A stretch of DNA of 64,000 nt, filler included. It is 3 parts of 3 records of this genome, joined end to end, with 100 filler letters (N's around TTAATTAATTAA, not from the genome) between each part and the next. Parts side by side here need not be neighbours in the genome. Positions count along the whole stretch, not along the records: positions 1 to 28,986 come from SRR20825006_1318; 2 more parts are not named here. The stretch is one strand, 5' to 3'. Below, one piece after another: positions 18,133 to 29,086 of this stretch. The position numbers and the translations under genes were made by a program. The notes under the pieces were generated by a model that was not told the origin of the DNA, did no database searches, and worked only from the letters and a program-made list of their open reading frames with translations. Each line of letters opens with the position of its first letter. Positions within the stretch are counted from its first letter, which is position 1.

Positions 18133-20532
18133 ATGGGGAACAAGAGCGACAACAAGCAAGGCAAGTCCACCAGCGCCATGAAGCAGCTACTGCCTCTGGT
18201 CGCCGCCGGCATCGTGGCCGTGGTCGCCGCCACCGGCTGCCTCTACGCCTACCAGGCCAGCCAACTGCAGCCCGAGCAACAGAACGCCCAAGCCCGGCTG
18301 CTGGCCCAATCACTGGCCAGCCAGGCGAGCAACACCATCCAGGCCTCCCGTCAGCAGCTGGACATCCTCAGCGACCGCAGCGATGTGAACAAAGCGCTCT
18401 CCGACGGCAACCTGTCCAGCTTTAACGTACACCAGAACCAGTGGCTTCCTGATGCCACCGTGCAGCTTGTCCCGCGCCGTGGCGCAGACACCGCCCAGTT
18501 CAGCTACACCGCCCAGGAACTCCTCAAGGATGTCCGCCTGGGCCAGCAGCCCGGCCCGGTGATTATTACCGGCAAAACACCCCAGCTGGTGATGGCCCGC
18601 GCCACCAAAAACCAGACCGGCACCCTGCTGCTCACCCAGTCCCTGGCTCCACTGGCCGACACCCTGCGTGCCGCCATGCCGGACGGCAGCGCGCTCAGCG
18701 TCACCTACGGCGGCAGCCCCCTGTTCGATAACAAACAACAGGCCAACGGCGGCACCGCCCAGGTCAGCCAGGGCCCGGTTCAGGTTACCCTGACCCTGCG
18801 CGCCCCCGACGGCAACAGCCTGATCGTGGCCACCCTGGGCATCGCCCTGGGTGTGGTGGTGATCCTGTTATGCACCCTGCTGGTGAACCGGCTACTGACC
18901 CGGGCCCTGCGCCAGGACGCCGCCGAACTGATTCGCTACAGCGATGAGCTGACGCGCCAACCCGGCGTCACCGCCCGCGACCATTTCCACTTCCCGCTCT
19001 TCACCAGCGTCAACGATGCCTCCGCCCGCCTGGCCAAAAAACTGCGCGACCGCGCCGGCCCCGCACGCCCCCAGGCCACCGCCAAACCCGATGCCCTGAT
19101 AGTGGAAGAAAGCGACGACGACAGCATTCTGTTGATGGATGACGACAATGGCGGCGAGTCCCTGCCGGACAGTATTTTCCGCGCTTACGATATCCGCGGC
19201 GTGGCCGGCGACACCCTCACCGCCCAGGGCGTTTACCTGCTGGGCCGCGCCATTGGCACCGAAGCCGGCGAACTGGGCCAGCAAACCGTGCTGGTGGCCC
19301 GCGATGGCCGCCTGTCCAGCCCGGAGTTAAGCCGCTCACTGATCAAGGGCTTGCTGGAATCCGGCCGCGACGTGGTCAACCTGGGCCTGGTGCCCACCCC
19401 GGTGCTCTACTACGGCACCGAAGTGCTGGAAACCCAAACCGGCATCATGCTCACCGGTAGCCACAACCCATCGCAACATAACGGCCTGAAAATCGTCATG
19501 AACGGCGAAACCCTGCACGGCGACCGCATTCAGGCCTTCAAGCAACGCATCCACAACAAGGCCTTCAGCGAAGGCAGCGGCCACGAAGAAGAACGCGATA
19601 TCAGCGACCGCTACCTGAACGATATCGCCAACGACATCGTGCTGGCCCGGCCCCTGAAAATTGCCATCGACTGTGGCAACGGAGTCACCGGCGAGCTGGC
19701 CCCACGGCTGTTCACCCAGCTGGGCTGCGAGGTGACGCCGCTGTACACCGAGATCGACGGCAACTTCCCCAACCACGCCCCGGACACCGGTAACCCGGAC
19801 AACCTGGCCGACCTGATCCGCATCGTCCAGCAGGAAGACCTGGACCTGGGCCTGGCGTTCGACGGCGACGGCGACCGCGTGGCCGTGGTCACCAACAGCG
19901 GCGAAATCATCTGGCCGGACCGCCTGCTCATGCTGTTTGCCAAGGACCTGCTCGGCCGCAGCCCCGGCGCCGACATCCTCTTCGACGTGAAATGCAGCCG
20001 CGCCCTGCCCGCCATTATCCGCAAGAACGGCGGCCGCCCCCTGATGTACAAAACCGGGCACTCTCTGATCAAGGCAAAAATGAAGGAAAGCGGCGCCGCC
20101 CTGGCTGGGGAAATCAGCGGGCATATCTTCTTTGCCGACCGCTGGTTCGGCTGCGACGACGGCGCCTATGCCGGCGCCCGGCTGCTGGAAATCCTCTCCT
20201 TGCAGGACGACACCGCTGGCCAGGTGTTCGACCAGCTGAAAACCGGTGTCACCACCCCGGCGCTCTATATTGATGCCAGCGATGACAACAAGTTTGCGCT
20301 GATCGATGCTCTTACGGCCCGCGCCGAACAATTCGCCGGTGGCCGACCTACCACCATCGACGGACTGCGTGTGGATTTCCCCGATGGCTGGGGGCTGGTG
20401 CGCGCCTCCAATACCACGCCCTCGCTGGTGGCCCGCTTCGAAGGCCGCGACGAAGAGGCACTGGAACGGGTCAAAAACCAGTTCCGCAAGCACCTGCAAG
20501 CTGTGGATGAGAGCCTGACACTGCCGTTTTGA
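18133..20532 (+). CDS. algC: Phosphomannomutase/phosphoglucomutase, long form with an N-terminal membrane-anchored extension of about 340 aa
   Basis: IFRAYDIRG, TGSHNP catalytic Ser, FDGDGDR metal loop, GEISGH; two hydrophobic helices in the extension; GGAGG RBS. Confidence 0.93.
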   Translation: MGNKSDNKQGKSTSAMKQLLPLVAAGIVAVVAATGCLYAYQASQLQPEQQNAQARLLAQSLASQASNTIQASRQQLDILSDRSDVNKALSDGNLSSFNVHQNQWLPDATVQLVPRRGADTAQFSYTAQELLKDVRLGQQPGPVIITGKTPQLVMARATKNQTGTLLLTQSLAPLADTLRAAMPDGSALSVTYGGSPLFDNKQQANGGTAQVSQGPVQVTLTLRAPDGNSLIVATLGIALGVVVILLCTLLVNRLLTRALRQDAAELIRYSDELTRQPGVTARDHFHFPLFTSVNDASARLAKKLRDRAGPARPQATAKPDALIVEESDDDSILLMDDDNGGESLPDSIFRAYDIRGVAGDTLTAQGVYLLGRAIGTEAGELGQQTVLVARDGRLSSPELSRSLIKGLLESGRDVVNLGLVPTPVLYYGTEVLETQTGIMLTGSHNPSQHNGLKIVMNGETLHGDRIQAFKQRIHNKAFSEGSGHEEERDISDRYLNDIANDIVLARPLKIAIDCGNGVTGELAPRLFTQLGCEVTPLYTEIDGNFPNHAPDTGNPDNLADLIRIVQQEDLDLGLAFDGDGDRVAVVTNSGEIIWPDRLLMLFAKDLLGRSPGADILFDVKCSRALPAIIRKNGGRPLMYKTGHSLIKAKMKESGAALAGEISGHIFFADRWFGCDDGAYAGARLLEILSLQDDTAGQVFDQLKTGVTTPALYIDASDDNKFALIDALTARAEQFAGGRPTTIDGLRVDFPDGWGLVRASNTTPSLVARFEGRDEEALERVKNQFRKHLQAVDESLTLPF

Positions 20533-20544
20533 TCAAGTTAGCCG

Positions 20545-21632
<1,088 letters not shown>

Positions 21633-21635
<3 letters not shown>

Positions 21636-21789
21636 TTGAAAGATGAAAGTTCAAAGTTGAAAGCGCGCCAAACGTGTTTTTGGTTTTTAACGGCAGCAGC
21701 CCGCGCCCTTACCGGCAATCGCGGGCACGCCCCTGCAAAATCCACAGACTCAAACCGCGTTTCAACTTTAAACTTTTCACTTTCAACTA
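21633..21789. repeat. Second-family heptamer inverted-repeat element (GTTGAAA units)
   Basis: TA-GTTGAAA-GATGAAA-GTTCAAA-GTTGAAA-GCGCG ... CGCG-TTTCAAC-TTTAAAC-TTTTCAC-TTTCAAC-TA. Confidence 0.85.
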
Positions 21790-21949
21790 AACCTGCGGCA
21801 AAGGGGATTGCCGCGAAACGCTACAACAGTGAAAAATAAAACCGCAGTAACAAGCCCGGGAACGTTGGGCGCGGTGTTTGCCTGTGATATACCTCTGGCA
21901 CTCGCGTTGCAACCAGAAACTTGTTGCTTAGAACTGGGAACGATACTTC

Positions 21950-22534
21950 ATGACCGATAAAACACCGTCGCGCAAAGAGCAGATTCTGCAGTCGCTCGCC
22001 CACATGCTGGAAGCCGCTCCCGGTGGGCGCATTACCACCGCCGGGCTGGCAAAAGAAGTGGGGGTATCCGAGGCGGCGCTGTACCGACATTTTCCCAGCA
22101 AGGCGAAAATGTTCGAAGGGCTGATCAGCTTTATTGAAGAGGCCATTTTTTCGCGCATCAACCGCATCATGGAAGACGGCAAGGCCAGTGATCAGGTAGA
22201 ACAGATTCTCACCCTGCTGCTGGCGTTTACCGAGCGCAACCCGGGCATCACCCGGTTGCTCACCGGCGACGCCCTCACCGGTGAAAACGCCCGTCTGCAC
22301 CAACGTATCCAGCAGTTCTACGATCGGGTGGAAAGCCAGGTAAAACAGGTGCTGCGTGATGCAGAGTTCAAGGAAGGGTTGCGCACCCAGGCCACTCCGA
22401 CCATTACCGCCAACCTGCTGTTGGCCGTGGCCGAAGGGCGCATCGCGCAATTTGTGCGTTCCGGTTTCAAGACCCTGCCCAGCCAGGACTGGCCAGCGCA
22501 ATGGGCGCTACTGCAACCCACCCTGTTTCGTTAA
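21950..22534 (+). CDS. slmA: Nucleoid occlusion factor SlmA (TetR family)
   Basis: RKEQILQSLAHML, ITTAGLAKEVGVSEAALYRHFPSKAKMFEGLI. Confidence 0.93.
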   Translation: MTDKTPSRKEQILQSLAHMLEAAPGGRITTAGLAKEVGVSEAALYRHFPSKAKMFEGLISFIEEAIFSRINRIMEDGKASDQVEQILTLLLAFTERNPGITRLLTGDALTGENARLHQRIQQFYDRVESQVKQVLRDAEFKEGLRTQATPTITANLLLAVAEGRIAQFVRSGFKTLPSQDWPAQWALLQPTLFR

Positions 22535-22543
22535 GCGCTCACG

Positions 22544-22575
22544 ACGAAGGCGGCCTCAGCCGCCTTCGTTTTGTT
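22544..22575 (+). terminator. Intrinsic terminator after slmA, overlapping the convergent gene's stop
   Basis: ACGAAGGCGGC-CTCA-GCCGCCTTCGT followed by TTTGTTG. Confidence 0.7.
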
Positions 22576-23182
22576 GTTTCTCAATCGCCTCAAGCCGCTC
22601 GATAATCGGGGCGTATTGCTGGTTGGCCTGTTCGATTTCCTTGTCGAATTCCAGCAGCTTTTGCTCCGCCGCCTGAATCTGGCGCTGCAGGCGGTCGATG
22701 GCCTCTTTCACCACCTCCGGCACGTCCCGGCCCGCCCTTTCGTTGCGCGCCGCCGTGGCAATTTCGTCATCCAGCTTCATCTGCAACTGGGCAAGATTGT
22801 TCTCTTCGTAGCTGATGCTCAGCTCCAGCGCCTCGACCTTGCGATCGCGCGCCCGTACCGCATCTTCCGGGCCGGCATACAGACGTAGCATGTCCCGGTC
22901 CTCGCGGGCCTGGCGAGCCTGCTGCATCCGCTGGGCTTTCGCCTCGGCGTCATTCAGCTGCACCCCCTCCACGTCTTCCAGCACCCGGCCATACTGATCC
23001 AGTAACTGATAGCCGTTACGGATGGCATCCATGGTCAGGGTTCGGTTCAGGTGAACCACGCCGTCAGAGGTTTCATACCGAAAGTAGGCGCCATCCGGCA
23101 TGCGCTCATTGGCACGTTGCCCCGAGCGAGCCCACACCGACGAAGTCAGGATCAGCGCCATCAACAAGACGACGATTTTCAT
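22556..23182 (-). CDS. Exported coiled-coil protein (DUF4124-like N-terminus), downstream of pyrE
   Basis: Signal peptide; YFRY...DGVVH; R.D..L.LY...ED..RARDR pattern; long coiled coil. Confidence 0.6.
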   Translation of the reverse strand: MKIVVLLMALILTSSVWARSGQRANERMPDGAYFRYETSDGVVHLNRTLTMDAIRNGYQLLDQYGRVLEDVEGVQLNDAEAKAQRMQQARQAREDRDMLRLYAGPEDAVRARDRKVEALELSISYEENNLAQLQMKLDDEIATAARNERAGRDVPEVVKEAIDRLQRQIQAAEQKLLEFDKEIEQANQQYAPIIERLEAIEKQQNEGG

Positions 23183-23184
23183 TA

Positions 23185-23847
23185 TTATTGCACTCCATAA
23201 CGCTCCCGGTACTCACGCATAGGCGCCACCATTGTCTGGCTGTCCGGTTGCTGTTCCAGCCAGTCGATGATATCGCTCATGGTGACGATACAGCCCACTG
23301 GCACCCCCAAAGCTTGTTCCACTTCCTGGATCGCCGACAGGCCCTTGCCCGCCTCGGAAGGCTCTTTCGCGCACTCCTGCCGATCCAGTGCCACCATCAC
23401 CCCCGCCATGGTCGCATCCGTCTTCTCGAACAGCGTCGCCACTTCACGAATCGCCGTTCCCGCCGTGATCACATCATCTATCACCAGCGCCCGGCCCTGC
23501 AATGGCGCGCCGACCAGCCAGCCGCCCTCACCATGGTCCTTGGCTTCCTTGCGATTGAACGCCCAGGGGTAATCCCGGCCATGGTGCTCAGCCAATGCCA
23601 CAGACACCGCCGCCACCAGCGGGATGCCTTTATAGGCCGGCCCGAACAACATATCGAATTCCAGCCCGGATGCCATGATCGCATCCGCATAATAGCGACC
23701 CAACCGGGCCAGGGCCTCACCGGTGTGAAAAGTGCCCGCATTGAAGAAATACGGACTCTTGCGCCCGGACTTCAGGGTAAATTCCCCGAATTTCAGCGCG
23801 TCACGCTCTTCAGCAAAGCGCAGAAAGTGCTTCTTGTAGTTCTTCAT
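23185..23847 (-). CDS. pyrE: Orotate phosphoribosyltransferase
   Basis: [49 protein letters not shown]. Confidence 0.97.
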   Translation of the reverse strand: MKNYKKHFLRFAEERDALKFGEFTLKSGRKSPYFFNAGTFHTGEALARLGRYYADAIMASGLEFDMLFGPAYKGIPLVAAVSVALAEHHGRDYPWAFNRKEAKDHGEGGWLVGAPLQGRALVIDDVITAGTAIREVATLFEKTDATMAGVMVALDRQECAKEPSEAGKGLSAIQEVEQALGVPVGCIVTMSDIIDWLEQQPDSQTMVAPMREYRERYGVQ

Positions 23848-23936
23848 ACTCAAGCCTGTGTGCTAGCCAGTCTGTTCGCAACTGCGCGACGCCGTGCCGC
23901 CACAACGGCACGGCCCGCCTTTTTGTCTTTAGCGTG

Positions 23937-24653
23937 TTACCAGCCCAGTGCCACTTGCTGGGCCTTGATGATCTCGCCAATGCCTTTTTCCGCCAGCCCC
24001 AACAGGCTATCGGACTGCTCACGGGTAAATGGCGCGCCCTCTGCGGAGCCCTGAATCTCGATAAAACCGCCCTGCTGGGTCATCACCACGTTCATGTCGG
24101 TGCCCGCATTGGAATCTTCGGCGTAATCCAGATCCAGCACCGGAGCATCTTCGTACATGCCCACGGATACCGCGCCCACCAAGCCGGTGAGCGGGTCACT
24201 CTTGATCTTCTTGGTTTCCAGCAGGTGGGTAAAGGCATCCACCAACGCCACGCAGGCCCCGGAAATGGATGCAGTACGCGTGCCACCGTCGGCCTGCAGC
24301 ACGTCGCAATCCAGGTAGATAGTGCGCTCGCCCAGCGCCTTCATGTCCACCGCCGCACGCAGGGAGCGGCCGATCAGGCGCTGAATTTCCAGCGTGCGTC
24401 CGCCCTGCTTGCCCCGTGTCGCCTCACGGCCAGAGCGGGTGTGGGTGGAACGCGGCAGCATACTGTACTCTGCGGTCAACCAGCCCTGGCCCTTGCCCTT
24501 GAGAAAGCGCGGCACGCCCTCTTCCACGGACGCGGTACACAGCACCTTGGTGTTCCCGAACGCCACCAATACGCTGCCCTCGGCATGAACGGTGTAGTTG
24601 CGGGTAAAGCTCAGTTCACGCAATTGGTCGGGGGCTCGGCCGGATGGGCGCAT
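23937..24653 (-). CDS. rph: Ribonuclease PH
   Basis: [42 protein letters not shown]. Confidence 0.97.
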   Translation of the reverse strand: MRPSGRAPDQLRELSFTRNYTVHAEGSVLVAFGNTKVLCTASVEEGVPRFLKGKGQGWLTAEYSMLPRSTHTRSGREATRGKQGGRTLEIQRLIGRSLRAAVDMKALGERTIYLDCDVLQADGGTRTASISGACVALVDAFTHLLETKKIKSDPLTGLVGAVSVGMYEDAPVLDLDYAEDSNAGTDMNVVMTQQGGFIEIQGSAEGAPFTREQSDSLLGLAEKGIGEIIKAQQVALGW

Positions 24654-24772
24654 GGAATCTCCTGGTAGTCTTGGAATCAAAAGGGCGACCATTGTAGCAA
24701 ACACCAGCGCCAATGCCTGCCTTGCACCCAACCCCGTCTCGACTAGACTAGAGAGCCCGGCAACAGCCCACT

Positions 24773-24828
24773 GTGGGAGCTTGCCTGCAAGCGAAGGTTT
24801 CCTCGCCTGTCGGCATGCAGACTGCTAC
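24773..24828. repeat. REP/REPIN-like element in the divergent rph-yicC spacer
   Basis: GTGG-GA-GCTTGC-CT-GCAAGC-GAA followed by a degenerate inverted copy ending in CTAC. Confidence 0.55.
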
Positions 24829-24882
24829 AGAGCCGCAATGCCGAGAAACGTCCCATCCATCGATTCGAGTTCGAGGTTCACC

Positions 24883-25746
24883 ATGATTTGCAGCATGACC
24901 GCTTTTGCCCGCGCCGACCGCCCGCTTGAAGGCTACGGCCTGGTCTGGGAAATCAAGGCCGTGAACCACCGTTACCTCGAAATCAGCCCACGCCTGCCCG
25001 ACGCCCTGCGCTCACTGGAAAACGCCGTGCGCGAGCGCTGCCGCAAGGCGCTGGCCCGGGGCAAGGTGGAGGTCACCCTGCGCTACCAGCAGGACGTCAG
25101 CGACGCCGCTCTGGAACTCAACGAGCCCCTGGTCAAACAGCTGTCCGAGATCTCCCGCCGGGTCGGCGACCTGGTGCAGCACCCCGGCCAGGTCAACCCC
25201 ATGGAAATCCTCCGCCACCCCGGCGTGCTCAGCACCCGGGAACTGGACGTGGACCTGCTACAACGAGAATCCCTCACCTTGCTGGATGAAGCGCTCCAGG
25301 CCCTGATCGACACCCGCAGCCGCGAAGGCGAACAACTGGGCAAACTGATCGAAGAACGCCTCGACGGGATCATCACCCAGGTGGAGATCGTCAAAACCGC
25401 CGTGCCGCGCATCAAAGAAGCCCAACGCGAACGTCTGCGCAGCCGCATCCAGGACGTAATCGACTCCCCGGACCCGGATCGCCTGGAACAGGAGCTGGTG
25501 CTGCTGGCACAAAAAATGGACGTGGACGAAGAACTGGACCGCCTGCTCACCCACGTCACCGAAGTGCGCCGCATCCTCAAAAAAGGCGGCCACATCGGCC
25601 GGCGCCTGGATTTCCTCATGCAGGAACTCAACCGCGAAGCCAACACCCTGGGCAGCAAATCCGTCGACAGCGAAACCACAGCGGCGGCGGTGGAATTGAA
25701 GGTGTTGATCGAACAGATGCGGGAGCAGATTCAGAATATCGAGTAA
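24883..25746 (+). CDS. yicC: YicC/YloC family endoribonuclease
   Basis: SMTAFAR, VNHRYLE, RGKVE, DVDEELDRL, GRRLDFLMQELNREANTLGSK, EQMREQIQNIE. Confidence 0.96.
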   Translation: MICSMTAFARADRPLEGYGLVWEIKAVNHRYLEISPRLPDALRSLENAVRERCRKALARGKVEVTLRYQQDVSDAALELNEPLVKQLSEISRRVGDLVQHPGQVNPMEILRHPGVLSTRELDVDLLQRESLTLLDEALQALIDTRSREGEQLGKLIEERLDGIITQVEIVKTAVPRIKEAQRERLRSRIQDVIDSPDPDRLEQELVLLAQKMDVDEELDRLLTHVTEVRRILKKGGHIGRRLDFLMQELNREANTLGSKSVDSETTAAAVELKVLIEQMREQIQNIE

Positions 25747-25852
25747 AATCCAGGGAAGTCCATAATCGTATTTAATTCATTGTTTTTAAAGAATTAAATG
25801 CGAATCTCAGTCCATGGAAATCCACTGCCACCCACCCCTATCCAGACAAAAG

Positions 25853-26002
25853 TGGTGGGCAAAATGGTGGGCAAAAACGTGACTTTTTCCTCCCCCGCAC
25901 CTATATTGACCTGAAATGGTGGGCAGCTCTCAAGGGGCTGCCTGCAAACCATTGATGACAGAGAATTTTTCTCTTCAATCAACAAACAAAAAGTGGTGGG
26001 CA
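25853..26002 (+). repeat. Four direct copies of TGGTGGGCA (candidate integrase arm-type sites)
   Basis: Copies at 25853-25861, 25865-25873, 25917-25925, 25994-26002. Confidence 0.75.
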
Positions 26003-26038
26003 GCCTGTTTTTATAGGCTCAAACGCCACAAGGTCAAA

Positions 26039-27256
26039 ATGAGCAAACTCACCGCCACTCAGATCAAGTCCCTGGCAAAGCAGGCCCCCAAGAAACACAC
26101 CGATGGCGGCGGCCTCTATTTCTGTGTACGCAAGTCCGGCATGCCCTACTGGATGCTGCGCTACAGCGCCCAGGGCAAGCGCCACGAAATCACCTTGGGC
26201 CAATACCCACAGATGTCCCTGGGTGACGCCCGGGAAGCCGCTGTGCTAACCAAGCAAGGCATCCGCACGGGCACCGATCCAATCCAGGAAAGAGCCAAAG
26301 TTGTCCAGCCCGACATCCGCACCGTCAAAGACCTTTTCCAGGACTGGCATGAGACCGATCTGTCCCGGCGCCTGAAACACCCCAACATCCCCAAGCGCAT
26401 CTACCAGAAAGAAATTCACCCGGTGATCGGCCTCTACCCGATTGCCGACGTCACCCCAAGGGATATCCGGGCCGTCCTGCAGCGCGTCCAGCGCAGCAAC
26501 CGCCCCACCATCGCCAATGACACCCTGATGTACATGAAGCAGTTGTTTCGTCATGGCATCAAACTGGACCTGTGCCAGAACAACCCGGCCAGCCCATTCA
26601 CCGTCAGCGACGCCGGCGGCGTCGAAGCCAGCCGGGAGCGCACCCTGACGCAGGAAGAAATCGAACATGCCTTTGGGGTCTTCCGTGAACACATCAGCAG
26701 CTTTGGTCGAGACAACTATCGGGCCTGCTGCTTGTTCCTGGTGCTAGGCGTGAGAAAAAGCGAGCTATGCGAGGCCCGCTGGGAAGAATTCGATCTGGAA
26801 GCCGGAATCTGGGATCTCTCCAAAGAGCGCAGCAAGACTGGCGCAGCGATCACCATCCCTCTGCCAACCCAAGCCATTGAGTGGCTAAAGGTACAGCAAG
26901 GCCATGCCTGCGGCTCCCCCTATGTGTTCCCTGCCAGGCGCGCCAGCAAACGCCCACACATGGGCCCTGACACCCTGAACCGCGCCATTTCCAAGCTATT
27001 TGGCCGAGAGCCAGGCCGGAAGGTGCAGCCACCCAACAAAATGGGCGACCTGGAACACTTCACCATCCACGACCTGCGACGCACCTTCCGCAGCCTTGCG
27101 GCTGCGGAAGGCGTGCCGAGTCATGTGGCGGAACGGTGTTTGAATCACAAGCTGAAGGGAGTTGAGGGTATTTATGATCGGTATGATTATTTTGAGGAGC
27201 GAAAAGTGGCTCACCAGAGAGTAGCTAGCCTCATAGAAACTATGACACACCCATGA
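26039..27256 (+). CDS. Tyrosine recombinase/integrase, P4-like, with N-terminal arm-binding domain
   Basis: DGGGLY...W.LRY...GKR..ITLG.YP.MSL.DARE; catalytic R (GVRKSE), HDLRR, LNH and Y (IYDRY). Confidence 0.95.
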   Translation: MSKLTATQIKSLAKQAPKKHTDGGGLYFCVRKSGMPYWMLRYSAQGKRHEITLGQYPQMSLGDAREAAVLTKQGIRTGTDPIQERAKVVQPDIRTVKDLFQDWHETDLSRRLKHPNIPKRIYQKEIHPVIGLYPIADVTPRDIRAVLQRVQRSNRPTIANDTLMYMKQLFRHGIKLDLCQNNPASPFTVSDAGGVEASRERTLTQEEIEHAFGVFREHISSFGRDNYRACCLFLVLGVRKSELCEARWEEFDLEAGIWDLSKERSKTGAAITIPLPTQAIEWLKVQQGHACGSPYVFPARRASKRPHMGPDTLNRAISKLFGREPGRKVQPPNKMGDLEHFTIHDLRRTFRSLAAAEGVPSHVAERCLNHKLKGVEGIYDRYDYFEERKVAHQRVASLIETMTHP

Positions 27257-27441
27257 TGCACAGGTGTGTTTGCGGCTGTTTTTACTGCTTTGGATAAGGG
27301 ATATAAGGCTAGCTACACCATAAGCTATACAAAAACCGTGGTTTCAGCTGGATGGACATGGACACTCTTGGACGAAAGTACGACCTTCATTGACACACCT
27401 CGTCATTAAGACCGGTTACAGATAACAATTAGTTCCGTACT

Positions 27442-28674
27442 TCAGATTAAAGACTTCAGTTCAAAATTCAGATCACGCAATGCTTTAGCGCTGATGCTTT
27501 TGCGTTGCTGCACCAGCTTCTTACCCACCATGAAAGCAATAGGCAGATTGACTGCATCAACAGCAATGACACACCCCTCGCATAGATAGAAAACTGCAAA
27601 TTCCTTGTCAGTGATGTTGCCACGTAGTACGCGCTGGTCATGATTTTGCGACAACCCTACCATCTGCAGGCGAACGTCATACTGGTTCGACCAGAACCAG
27701 GGGGCGCTATCGTAGGGCTTCTCCTCGCCCATAAGAGTCGCCGCCGCCGTACGCGCTTGATCCACAGCGTTAGCCACAGATTCAAGGCGCTGCCTCTTGT
27801 CGAAGAATAGATTCCGGTGGCGGGTACAATCGCCGATTGCCAAGATGTCAGGATCATCGGTGCGAGTAAATTCATCGACGACAATGCCGTCATCACAGAG
27901 CAGGCCAGCATGCTCAGCCAAGACCGTTTCCGGTATTACACCAATTGAGACAAGCACGATATCCGCTGGCACCTTGCCCCCACCGGACAAGGTCACGCCA
28001 GAGACGTGCCCCTGACCATCTGATTCAAAACCGGTTACAGCCGTCTCCAAGCGTACATCAACGCCGGCCCTCGCATGTTTGGCGTAGAAAAATTCGGACA
28101 TCTCTGGCCCCGTAACACGCTGCATCAGACGCTCAGCAGCTTCCAGGACGGTAACATTAACACCTTGCTTGGTCGCACTGGCTGCCACTTCAAGTCCGAT
28201 ATAACCGCCCCCCACGATGACTAGGCGTTTGCCGGGTGCTAGCTCACTACGCAGGGCATCCGTGTCCGCGATATCATGCAAATAATGAATGCCTTTCAAA
28301 TCTGAGCCCGGCGCGTTAAGGCGGCGGACATGTGAGCCAGTGGCCAAGACCAGTCGGTCGTACTGTAAGGTGCTTTGATCTGACAAAATGAGGTTTTTGT
28401 CGTCTCTGTTAATCTGTTCTACGCGCACGCCGAGCCGTAATTGCTGTCCCGCATTCTCGTAAACCGAAGGCGGTTTAAGGTATAACGATGCCTGATCAAC
28501 CTCCCCCGCAAGGTAATTCTTTGACAAGGGCGGCCGCTGGTAGGGAGGGTGTGGTTCTTCGCTAACCAAAATCACTTCATTTGGGTATTTTTTTTGCAGC
28601 AAGGCGGTCAGAAGTGTTCCCGCTGCGTGTCCACCACCAATGATGACGGTGGTCTCTTTCTTTTTTTTGGTCAT
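27442..28674 (-). CDS. Ferredoxin-NAD(P)H reductase (putidaredoxin-reductase-like, CYP153-associated type)
   Basis: GGGHAAG, PYQRPPLSK, ATGS, GGGYIGLE, AIGDC, RLESVANA, PWFWSNQY. Confidence 0.9.
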   Translation of the reverse strand: MTKKKKETTVIIGGGHAAGTLLTALLQKKYPNEVILVSEEPHPPYQRPPLSKNYLAGEVDQASLYLKPPSVYENAGQQLRLGVRVEQINRDDKNLILSDQSTLQYDRLVLATGSHVRRLNAPGSDLKGIHYLHDIADTDALRSELAPGKRLVIVGGGYIGLEVAASATKQGVNVTVLEAAERLMQRVTGPEMSEFFYAKHARAGVDVRLETAVTGFESDGQGHVSGVTLSGGGKVPADIVLVSIGVIPETVLAEHAGLLCDDGIVVDEFTRTDDPDILAIGDCTRHRNLFFDKRQRLESVANAVDQARTAAATLMGEEKPYDSAPWFWSNQYDVRLQMVGLSQNHDQRVLRGNITDKEFAVFYLCEGCVIAVDAVNLPIAFMVGKKLVQQRKSISAKALRDLNFELKSLI

Positions 28675-28776
28675 AACTTGTCTCTTTCTATGCGCCTTGG
28701 AACCGAGTTATCCATAAGCCAAAAACTTAGTGAAGAACAAGAAACTGTAATATCCAGCGAGCTAGGCACATGATGC

Positions 28777-28986
28777 CTAACCGCCTGCCATCGCGGCGTC
28801 CTCAAGAATCATCGCAGCCCCTTTCTCACCGATCATGGTCACCGGCTGATTAGTATTCCCACCAACCAGCGTTGGCATGATGGAAGCATCAACCACCCGC
28901 AACGATTGCAAACCGTGCACGCGAAGTCGGGAATCCACCACAGCCATCGGATCTCTCCCCATCTTGCAGGTGCCGACCGGGTGATA
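28777..28986 (-). CDS. GMC oxidoreductase C-terminus (AlkJ-like alcohol dehydrogenase), 5' truncated by the contig end
   Basis: [10 protein letters not shown]...[23 protein letters not shown]...GNTN. Confidence 0.88.
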   Translation of the reverse strand, partial: YHPVGTCKMGRDPMAVVDSRLRVHGLQSLRVVDASIMPTLVGGNTNQPVTMIGEKGAAMILEDAAMAGG

Positions 28987-29086
28987 NNNNNNNNNNNNNN
29001 NNNNNNNNNNNNNNNNNNNNNNNNNNNNNNTTAATTAATTAANNNNNNNNNNNNNNNNNNNNNNNNNNNNNNNNNNNNNNNNNNNN
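28987..29086. other. Artificial contig linker
   Basis: N44-TTAATTAATTAA-N44; stops in all six frames; gene families and codon style change across it. Confidence 0.98.

Larger units (their letters stand above)
25747..28986. mobile_element. Left end of a genomic island integrated at the 3' end of yicC (runs off the contig)
   Basis: Integrase directly after yicC where gmk is usually found; AT-rich att-like region with repeated TGGTGGGCA; cargo with a visibly different base composition. Confidence 0.75.

Noticed and set aside
27300-27385. Short repeats (TGGACA-TGGACA...TGGAC; AGCTA...AGCTA) after the integrase as a second att site
   Set aside because: Too short, and no copy of the yicC 3' end is present; cannot be supported.
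28987-29086. TTAATTAATTAA palindrome as a biological site, or linkage of genes across it
   Set aside because: Identical N-padded linker occurs twice and separates sequences from different taxa; it is artificial, so no cross-contig systems were inferred.
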